In this document: positions 39,486-50,700 of the stretch, piece by piece
Layout of the letters: each line of letters starts with the position of its first letter
Numbering within the stretch: the first letter of the stretch is position 1
From: Bugula neritina
Lineage: Eukaryota; Animalia; Bryozoa
Reading direction: 5' to 3'
Assembly: GCA_964035545.1 (NCBI GenBank)
Contig: OZ037767.1
Span: 16,735,581 to 16,799,580 of the forward strand
DNA length: 64,000 bases
Notes under the pieces: model-generated
The model's input: the letters and a program-made list of their open reading frames with translations, nothing else
Told to the model about the DNA's origin: nothing
Databases searched by the model: none
Program-made: the position numbers and the translations under genes

Positions 39486-40358
39486 TCCGGATATTACATC
39501 TTTGCGTCCAATGAGTAAAATTCATGTGTTGCTGTTGGTGAATTAAATAACTTTGACTACTACACTTTCACTTACACTGTTATATTATAGTTTTTAGTAT
39601 TACTGTAGATTCATGTACATGGATGGCGTTGCATTGATGCTTATAACTCACCAATAAAGTAAAAGTTAATGCTTGTACTTGGTCTTGGTGTTCATGTTGA
39701 TGTTCTGATGATGTTGTAATCCAAATTGAAATTCCATTTCATTATCATTATGATTATTTCATAATCATAATCGTAATGATAATGTCAATGATAATGATAA
39801 TCATATTGTCAATGATTATGATAATCCTAATAATAATAATAGCAATTGTACTATTAATATAACTATAAGTATTGCTAATTTACTAATAGTAATACTAATA
39901 GTAATACTAATAGTAATAGTAATAGTAATACTAATAGTAAATCAAAATGTAATACTTATACTAATTCAAATTGTATTTGTAATACTAATAGTAATACTAA
40001 TGGTATTACTATTAGTATTACTAGTACTAGTAGTAGTACTAGTAGTAGTAATACTAATACTAATAGTAATACTCTAATAGTAATAGTAATACTTATAGTT
40101 ATACTATTAGACATTAGTATTATTTATTATCACCATGCCCCATGGCCATTGGAATTACTCTACTTACAGGCCTAGTGATACTAATAGTAGGGAACTAGTT
40201 CTGCATAGTTTAAAGGTAAAGTCAAAGGGTGAGGCACTGATACTCAGAACTAACCAGCCGGTTTTGGTACAACTAGAAGTAGGATCAGTGGTTATAATTG
40301 CTTTAGTTATTTCCTATTATTTAGTTTTGCTGTAGAGATTCAATCACAGCTAAGTCTG

Positions 40359-41858
40359 ATGGCAAAGTGGGGAGAAGGAGATCCTAGGTGGATTGTAGAA
40401 GAGCGTGCAGATACAAAAAATGTGAACAATTGGCACTGGTAAGGCTCTCAGCTCAAACCTGTAAACCAAGATGAAGCTAAAGTAAATTTATACTTTTACT
40501 GATCTAATGTAGTAAAATCATTTGAGTAAATTGAAAGAGGAATCCTAAATGCTTGGAAAATATATTTGAAGATATGCAACTATAGTAAAGCGAGAAATAT
40601 CCAGATTATTTGACTTTGACACCAAAATTGTAGTGGCGTATGTAAGTTTTGTTTACCTTTCAGTGACAAACACTGATTTCGTATTTAGTCTGATTGCAAG
40701 ACTAGTATTAGATATGGGCTGAATGTTGGTATTTCCTATATTGTTTAGGACTGAGAAAAATGCTAACAACTGGTCTAAGGATAAACTCAAGTCACTACTA
40801 ACAGGTTTAAAAATAGACGGAGCAGCTGGAGTAGTAGAACTGAAAGACTTCATTTCTATCAATGGAGAAGCTTCAGCCAGTAACAGGAAAGGAAAACTCA
40901 TCTTCTTCTATGAATGGGAATTAAAAATCAATTGGACAGGTGAGATAAACTTTAAAATTGATTATTTGAGTTGTTAACCGTTTTTATCAGAAGCATATTG
41001 CCAGATTGTCTTCATACTAGATATAAAAGACTTTCTAACAGTATTGTGCAAGTAACTCCAATAATCTTTATTTGAATCCTACCCTTGTTACCAAGTATGT
41101 TGCAGTCAGGATGCTGGGTGTATGCTTTATGCGCAATATTTGTAGTATGCATATGGTATAGTGTAGTGTGGTATAGTAGATGTATATTATAGTATGGTAG
41201 ATGTATAGTATAGTATGGTAGATGTATAGTATAGTATAGTAGATGTATAGTATAGTATGGTAGATGTATAGTATGGTAGATGTATAGTATAGTATAGTAG
41301 ATGTATAGTATAGTATGGTAGATGTATAGTATGCATATGGTAGGCGTATAGTATAGTATGGTAGATGTATAGTATAGTATGGTAGATGTATAGTATAGTA
41401 TGGTAGATGTATAGTATAGTATGGTAGATGTATAGTATAGTATGGTAGATGTATAGTATGGTAGATGTATAGTATAGTATAGTAGATGTATAGTATAGTA
41501 TGGTAGATGTATAGTATAGTATGGTAGATGTATAATATAGTATGGTAGATGTATAGTATAGTGTGGTAGATGTATAGTATAGTATGGTAGATGTATAGTA
41601 TAGTATGGTAGATGTATAGTATAGTATGATAGATGTATAGTATAGTATGGTAGATGTATAGTATAGTATGGTAGATGTATAGTATAGTATGGTAGATGTA
41701 TAGCAGACATGTTTGTTTATAGGAAGAGTAAATACAGAAGACATGGAGGAGGTTTCTGGGACTATAGAAATACCAAATCTTAGTGAGGAGCAAGATATAT
41801 GTGATATAGAGGTAGACCACTACTAGTACTATTACTAGTCCTACCACTACTACTACTG

Positions 41859-41905
<47 letters not shown>

Positions 41906-44322
41906 GCTACTACTACTACTACTACTACTACTACTGGTGCTACTACTGCTACTGCTATTACTGCTGCTGCTGCTGCTGCTACTACTGCTGCTGCTACTAC
42001 TGCTGCTGCTACTACTGCTACTACTGCTAGTACTGCTACTACTGCTAGTACTGCTACTACTGCTAGTACTACTACTACTGCTAGTACTACTACTGCTACT
42101 ACTGCTACTGCTACTACTACTGCTAGTACTACTACTACTACTAGTACTACTGCTGTATACTCTTTTATAAATACCTACTGCTTTTGTTAGGTGATGGTGA
42201 CAGTGAAAGATAAAACGTCAGGTGCAGACGCAATAAAAGAGATGATACGTGTGAAGGGGGCAGAGATCATTCGAGAGAGACTAGCAAACTACATAGACAC
42301 TCTAAAGATTGGTAAGTTTTTCTGTACTTTTTTACTACTCACTGCATGTATTACTACTCACTGTATGTATTACTACTCACTATACGTATTACTACTCACT
42401 GTACGTATTACTACTCACTGTACGTATTACTACTCACTGTATGTATTACTACTCACTGTACGTATTACTACTCACTGCGCGTATTACTACTCACTGTATG
42501 TATTACTACTCACTGTACGTATTACTACTCACTGTACGTATTACTACTCACTGTACGTATTACTACTCTAGTCTATAGATATATTTCACTTCTGCAGAGT
42601 TTAGTCAAGGAATGATTCTTCCCACCACCAAAGGTCAAACTCCACCTACCAAGCCGACGTCGGCATCAGCCAACCTTGCCAATGAGTTCAAACAAACCAG
42701 CATCAGCAGCAACAGCAGCAGTGCCCCGGCATCAAAACCGGTTAAAATAGAAACTAAGAAAATCAGTCTGAAGGAAGAGTTTATGTGCAGCAAAGAGGAG
42801 CTGTACAGAGCCTTGACCGAACAGAACGTAAGCTTCTCCACGATTCCGTCTATTCACTCAATTCTAAAATAGATAGGTGAAATTATTTCTCAGTTCTTTC
42901 TCTCTTGAGTTTACCCGGAGCTGGAACTCTGTGTTGTAGATGGTGCAGGCATTCACCAGGTCAGTGGCGAACCCATTTGAAGTGGAAGTTGGCGGCAAGT
43001 TTGTGTTATTCAATGGAATGATATCTGGCGAGTTCCAACAGTTGGTGAGTGACTTGTACCTACACAGTAATACTCTTACTACTGACTAGTACACAGTACT
43101 ACTCTTACTACTGACTAGTACACAGTACTACTCTTACTACTGACTAGTACACAGTACTACTCTTACTACTGACTAGTACACAGTACTACTCTTACTACTG
43201 ACTAGTATACAGTACTACTCTTACTACTGACTAGTACACAGTACTACTCTTACTACTGACTAGTACACAGTACTACTCTTACTACTGACTAGTACACAGT
43301 ACTACTCTTACTACTGACTAGTACACAGTACTACTCTTACTACTGACTAGTACACAGTACTACTCTTACTACTGACTAGTACACAGTACTACTCTTACTA
43401 CTAACTAGTACACAATACCACTCTTACTACTGACTAGTACACAGTACTACTCTTACTACTAACTAGTACACAATACTACTCTTACTACTGACTAGTACAC
43501 AGTACTACTCTTACTACTAACTAGTACACAGTACTACTCTTACTACTGACTAGTACACAGTACTACTCTTACTACTGACTAGTACACAGTACTACTCTTA
43601 CTACTGACTAGTACACAGTACTACTCTTACTACTAACTAGTACACAATACCACTCTTACTACTGACTAGTACACAGTACTACTCTTACTACTAACTAGTA
43701 CACAATACTACTCTTACTACTAACTAGTACACAGTACTATTCTTACTACTGACTAGTATACAGTACTACTCTTACTACTGACTAGTACACAGTACTACTC
43801 TTACTACTGACTAGTATACAATACTACTCTTACTACTAACTAGTACACAATACTACTCTTACTACTAACTAGTACACAATACTACTCTTACTACTGACTA
43901 GTATACAGTAATACTCTTACTACTAACTAGTATACAGTAATACTCTTACTACTAACTAGTATACAGTACTACTCTTACTACTAACTAGTACACAGTACTA
44001 CTCTTACTACTGACTAGTACACAGTACTACTCTTACTACTGACTACTACAGCTATTCCTGTAAGTCTTATGTTAATGAACTGATTGCTATTTCACAGGCA
44101 CCTCACGACACTCTAGTTCAAAGGTGGCGCATGAAACATTGGCCTGAAGGTCATTTCTCGATCGTCACCATAAAGTTAAGCCAATCATCAAACTGCACAA
44201 CTCTCTCTCTGTCTCAGACCGGAGTGCCATCGGCCGAGGCTGACAGGACGAAGGAGGGCTGGAAGAACTACTACTGGAATAGCATTAGACAAACATTCGG
44301 ATACGCTGTCAATATATTCTAG
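40359..44322 (+). CDS. AHSA1: Activator of Hsp90 ATPase 1 (Aha1), 7 coding exons
   Basis: MAKWGEGDPRWIVEERADTKNVNNWHWTEKNA..., GEASASNRKGKLIFFYEW, C-terminal WRMKHWPEGHFS...GWKNYYWNSIRQTFGY. Exons approx. 40359-40438, 40750-40940, 41723-41811, 42191-42311, 42598-42826, 42940-43044, 44098-44322. Confidence 0.96.
41153..41703. repeat. 21-bp array upstream of an AHSA1 acceptor
   Basis: tatagtatagtatggtagatg, ~26 copies. Confidence 0.95.
41818..42152. repeat. (ACT/GCT)n trinucleotide array filling an AHSA1 intron
   Basis: Starts a few nt after the donor at 41812. Confidence 0.95.
42332..42568. repeat. 19-bp array (AHSA1 intron)
   Basis: tattactactcactgtacg, ~12 copies. Confidence 0.92.
43061..44045 (+). 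repeat. 29-bp array, ~34 copies, each with TACTGAC or TACTAAC
   Basis: actgactagtacacagtactactcttact fills almost all of the last AHSA1 intron. Confidence 0.96.
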
Positions 44323-44765
44323 CTACTCCATTACTCTGATTTTAGGAAATGTTTGCTACACTCTATGTACAGGGGGTATACTATACACGGTGTATACTCT
44401 ACATAATCTATACTCTACAGTCTACTCTGTATTTTGATATGTTCATATGCCTTGTCAACATAAGTGCATGTGTTATCGATAGTGTATAATATGTCATATG
44501 TTTCGTCTCATTGTCATTTGGTCTTTTACAAATTTATTAACAAGAGATAATCTAAACAGGAGTGATTTCATGTTAAGTTCACAATAACTGAATTATTGTT
44601 CTCTCATTACTATAAGTAGTATTAAGGCGTTTCACTTTGCAGTTCTCTCTCTCTTCCTGGTAAACTGTATCTATACGTATTCCTTAGAACTTTATCAAAT
44701 ATCATTAATAAATTTGAACATCACAGCAATTAGTCCTGTTATTGTAAGTTATTAAAGGGTAAAGG

Positions 44766-47700
44766 TCATGGGAAGTCAACTTCGCAGGCGTATGGTATGA
44801 ATGTGAGACAGTTGAAGTAGCGAATGCTGCCAGTAATGCTGGGTTGAGTGACGTAGAACAGGTAGGTTAGTATGGAGGTGAACACAATGAGACTGATGCC
44901 ACTCGCTACTCGTAGTGCTATCATGCATACTCTGTGTCGCTGAGTAAACGGGATATACGGCATCAGCAGCACAGAGCAGGGCACTCCAAATAGAGCCCCG
45001 GCCATGTTGGTAAACTGATTCACCTACAAGTAAGATAACCATCTGTAATGATGCAAAAATTATAGGCTTTTTTGTAAATTTTAGCAACTTTTAAAATATG
45101 TTTCTAGTGAACTATTTCATAAATTTGAAATTTCTGACCACTTTTTCTACCGCTAAGAATATAAAGACGGATGGGTGCATAGAGAAACAAGTCATATGAA
45201 ATTTGTGCACAGCTCATGTCATTTTGTCGGGTCTTGGTGTAGGCACATGCTGTGTGAAAGTATTACAACCTATCTTACATTAGAAGTATTTATCACCCAG
45301 AAGCAGGGCTTTCCTAGTAGCCGTACGACTACACATGTCTACCAATATTATTCTTATTTAAATCAATTGTATAAAATTGATTGAACAAAAATTAATAATC
45401 TGTCACTAAAATTTAAGCAAGGAAATAATTTGTTTTCATAATTTTGCAATAAAGCGTTCAGGATTTAATTTCTATTTATAAAAAAAATATTTGTGCAACT
45501 CGCACAGATTAATGCTGGATCACTAAGAAAAGCCAACAGTAAGTCGATTTCAAAGTCTAAATAAGACTGAATCAATTTATTTGCATGTGTTCATCGCATG
45601 GTGCTGCAATGGTTGACATTTACATGTTCCACTATGAGCATAGGCATACCTAACCTCTGTTTTCATACAATATAGCAGCACACAGGCTGTTTTCATATAC
45701 TATACAATTAATTGATTATAGCCCAGTACTACTCACCCCAGGTAGTAGTCCCAGTCCTAGAATAATTGTGTAAAGTAGAACCACTCTGGCTACAGCCTTC
45801 AACTTGTTCTCTACTAAAGGCCATGACTGTAATAGCTCAATGGTGTGTATAGATATTAGACCTGATATCGCTCCTCCTGAACCTAAGTTCGGTATGTAGG
45901 GTATGATCACCGACCCCAACAGCAATCCACCAGTACCACACAACTAAAACAGACACCACCGCACTATACTGTGTTAGCTAAATATAATAGATATAGGTCT
46001 CTGGTATTTCAACCTAGGATTTTACAGCTATGTGCATACTGTTAAATATGTTGTGATTGGGTAATAACCAAAGAAAGGACAGCTGGGCACATAAGTTATG
46101 TTTTCTACCTAAAGTCGTATTGGTGACATTGAACTACACTGATACTGCAGCAACTAGTTTCTTCGTTGCCCATAGCAACATACCCTAGGAGCCACTGCGT
46201 GTAGACTGTAGAAGAACATTATCATCATAGCAAATATGACAAGTTTAGATGCATTATTTATTCTCAGGAATATTACCAACACTATAGGAAGATACACATC
46301 TACTTTGAAGTTGTCTGCATTCTAAACCTTCAAGTAGTGGAATTGGCCCTTTTACACAGATGCATTTTTATATCTCTAAAATCTAAGTGCCGTAAAACTT
46401 ATGTTAGCTAGTGAACAGTGAACTAACTGATGGTGCATTGTGGTATAGACAGTAACTTACGAAATACATGGCAGCCATTTTGAGCCAGCCAGCAACCTTT
46501 TCTATCTTAATGCCAATATAGCACTGCAGTATGGCAAACAGCACCATGTGTATTATACCTTCGTGGTATATCAGAGATAGAGGAATTCTCCAGAACTGGG
46601 AACCTGATTTCTCTTCCTCCTGTTGAGAAATATTTATTTTACTCACCAGTTAAATTCAAAACAAGCTTATCTTCAGAGTTTTCATATAATTTTACAAACT
46701 GGAGATTTTAAAACATTCTTCAATTAAGTAGGGTTTTGCTGACCTCAAGCTCAGCCAATTTAATGGATGAACAGAAATATTATACAGCCATACCTAAACA
46801 ACACTATCTTCAGTTATGAAACAATGCCCAGTAAATTTGGTAATACTGGTGCTATTCTCAGGAATGTTCAGCAAGTCAATACTTGACTTGTATTGCCTTT
46901 CCACACGCTAGTTACCTATCTAGGGAACAGCCGTGGTCTAGAGGTTAGAGCATTGGTTTAGTAAACACAAAGTCATGGGTTCCAACCCGACAAAAGGCCA
47001 TTGGTGATGTTAGGAAGAGCATCCAGTCATAATTGCTCTTGTGTCACATATGAATAAGTCCTTAGCCTGATTTAAAAAAACCATTTCCATCAAGGTTTCT
47101 CACAGGGATAGTGACTATAAACTTGTGTGAATTTTTAATTACAAGCACATTTAGCAGTTACACTAGTTACCACGTAGATATGAATCCAGACAGGGCAAAC
47201 TCCCTCCGACAAGCGAGACTCACCGAGTGCACTCCGCCGTCGTCCTGAGGGCTGCAGATGTCATGGCCGCACCTTGCCTGACTGCAATGCTCGAGACCGG
47301 AGATGTGCCAGGTACCGCCCAGTATTACACAGTGCTTGTGACTCACCAAGATACACTGCCCTCTCCCTCCGAGACAGCAGGGCTTGAAGTCATGTCTTAC
47401 GTACACCTGTTAGCAGTACAAACAATTAACTCCTTTATGGTAGAGAGTGAGTGTGGAGCATATGCAAGTCTTTGACAGTTAACATGTAGTGACAAGTGTA
47501 ATAGCATTCTAATATTTAAAATATGAAGAAACATACAAAAGCAGCTTTTTATGGAAAAAAATTCAAATGAATTCTTTAATTGTAACCATAGAGCTTGTAG
47601 CAACTGAAGTATTTTATTAGTAGAAAGATCTGTCACGTTGATGTGAAAGAACTTGCTCATTTAGAGCACAACTCCAAATCTAATAGGAGTGTCGGCTAAT

Positions 47701-50700
47701 TCATGTTTACAATAATCTTTCACATTAAAATCAAATCAGATGGACTAACCCCAGTGCTTTTCGTTCTTTTACTGCACGTCACATTCTTCCACTGAATTTC
47801 TCTGACTTCAAACAGGTTTTGGATTTCTTCACATTCTTGTTGAGTTGTGGTCCCTTGAACACAGGGTTTAGAAGTGAGACAACTCTTAATAATAAGCTAA
47901 CCATATGGATTAGCTGTACTATATTTTAAACACTTTTACAATTTTCTGTTTATAGCAAAATACTATAAAGTTACAAAATACTATAAAGGACCTTTGCCAA
48001 GAGAATAAGTTATAAAAAATATTCACTTTATCAATTATCACGTAATCAAGCGTCCTAAAATTGTTTAAAAAACGTATCCATGAAGTTAAATCAAGCAAAG
48101 AACTTTCACTCCAACTTTCAGCGTTATGAAATCATGTGACTGACTATGAAATCACGTGACTGATTTTTTAGTCATGTGACTGACCTGCGCCTCTTCCGGT
48201 AGCCTCACAGCAGCCCAACTCTGATTCTTTTGCACTATACAGTGCATCTCTGTAAAGGAACATGCAGAGAGTTTGTGTTAAGTATATAAAACATAATAGT
48301 AGGTAATCATATATGTATATTTGCTATATACTACATCTGTTTGAGGCACCTCCCAATAAACCGAGACATGCAACATAAGAAAATGTAAGGAAACATTCTA
48401 ATAAGATGAGAATACAGTATCATGACATGTACCTTAGTAGGAAATGTTTGTCATTTCTCAAACAAGGAGCGTATAAAGCACCCCCTTTGACTAGTTTCTC
48501 CCGCGAAGGCCCCGCCCACATGTTGGGTGGTACGAAGTGCTCTATTGTTCTCACTCCACTCCAAGTTACAATCTCCTCTGAATCAGAAGAAAACAAACTC
48601 AAAACGTACAACACTGACATTGCTACTGGGGCTCAACACGAGACCTCTGGCTTGCAAGCAGGTGTGTTAACCATTACACCACAGGGACTACTGAGTAAAG
48701 TCAACACTAAGCTACAGTATACCACACCACAGAGGATATAAACTAAGCTTGTAGACTAATCTCTGACTCACCTACTAGCAGTCTCTCTGACGCGAGTCGG
48801 GGAGGGACAACTCCAGATGAAGCGCAGAGCATAGCGATGGCTATAGCCTGTATAACTGTGATGGTGTGAATAAACCACGGGGTGTACACAGGTAGGGCCT
48901 CCAACTTCTGTCTTATATCAGCTCGGCTAAATCCTTTCTGTAGAATCTTTGGTCCTGAAAAATACGTACCACATTGTAAATCCTGAATGGCTTGTGTACA
49001 TACTGACAATTAGCCCTGTCCACCTACACACAGTGGTCAGGGTGGAGGGTCACAAGGATACGAACTTTCCTCATTCAATTACATCTCCTTGTGCATATTC
49101 CTTGTACTTACTATTTTTACATACTTTATATACAGAATCTATGTACAAGTTTACTTCATATACTTACTCTATGTACTTACTTCATGTACTTACTTCGTGT
49201 ACTTACTTCATGTACTTACTCTATGTACTTACTTTATGTACTTATTTCATGTACTTACTCTATGTACTTACTCTATGTACTTACTTTATGTACTTATTTC
49301 ATATACTTACTTCATGTACTTACTCTATGTACTTACTTCATGTACTTAATTCGTATACTTACTTCATGTACTTACTCCATGTACTTACTTCGTATACTTA
49401 CTTCATGTACTTACTCCATGTACTTACTTCATGTACTTACTTTACTCACCTGTATATACAGCATCAGTGAGATAATCTTTTATTCTCTGAAATCTTTCGT
49501 GTAGAGACTTCTTTGGCTCATACTGAGAGGAATAATATTCTAAAAGATAGCCTTAGTTTTAGTAATAGCTTTGGAGCCGCCAGACTATATAAATTATTAG
49601 TTATTAGAGTCCTATCTTATGCACCAAGGCTACCAAAAAATTATCTACATAAAAATATTTCATTGCAGATTGTACATTCAAAATACAAGTAAATTGAAGG
49701 TGCAGTGCAAATTTGGAAAAGCCTGTAATTTTTATGAAAAACACTACAAAAGAAGTTATAGTCTCGTGAAATTTTTCAATTTGAGCTTTAAACCAAAATT
49801 TATGAAGACAATTAAAAGCTTGGGCCATTGAAATTTTTCTTTTAACGTACCCCAGTGGTACTTTGCTAAAACAGTTTTTTCTATACAAGACGAATTCACT
49901 TGTACAGATAAAAAGCTGTGAATAATCAGACATGACATCTACAGACAGGAAATGACACCTTTTGCCTTATACAGCGCGTCATCAATACGGTCCCTCTTCT
50001 CTATCAGCCTCTGTCTGAGTAGAGAGATCTGAGGCTCTATTTCCTCTTTCTCTAGTCTATCCAACTGCCTCTTGTTAGATAGGTACAGCTGGTAGGCCTC
50101 CTTCCCGTACACAAAGTCACTCGGGTTGACAGTTTTAGGGAGTTTCACAGTCGGCAGGTAGAAGCTGGCATCTTGTCTACAAATAGAGAAAGGCTTGTGT
50201 ACGCTGAATTTTAAAAAATAGTTTTAGGAAAACATGTAAGCAGCTGAATAACAATAAGTAGGACTTCTAACTACAAAATCAACATTTAAGAAAACCTCAA
50301 TCAACATGGCGACACATTTCTATCAAGGCTATGAAATATTCTCAGGCAAATATATTACAATATATAAGTTTAGTTAACTATATTAAGTAACAACTTAATA
50401 TATAGAAACACAGATCGTCTTAATGTTCCAGTATCCTATCAGTAGAAGTTCTTGTGGTAATTGAGATAAAATAATGAAAATTTTACCCGATTTGCAAAAC
50501 TAAGAGGCAAAGTTTCACTTTCACCACTATACTTATATACTGAGCATATCTACTAATGGTTAAAACCTTTAGATACAAAACAAGGTGCTATATAATATAA
50601 CCTTAGATAATAGCATATATCCACTGCTACACTCTACCACATATATAATAGTTAGTACAACTTACCCTGTGTGGTGCTCATCTGTCTGCTTAGAACTTTT

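Noticed and set aside
43061-44045. 29-37 bp repeat arrays as CRISPR arrays
   Set aside because: Units are head-to-tail with no unique spacers, there are no cas genes, and the context is eukaryotic introns.
46908-47171. CTAGTTACC direct repeat as TSD of the SINE
   Set aside because: The right copy overlaps the exon donor and lies well beyond the apparent SINE 3' end; probably coincidental.
48621-48688. Functional tRNA gene
   Set aside because: Acceptor and anticodon stems do not pair and the B-box is degenerate; kept only as a SINE or pseudogene relic.
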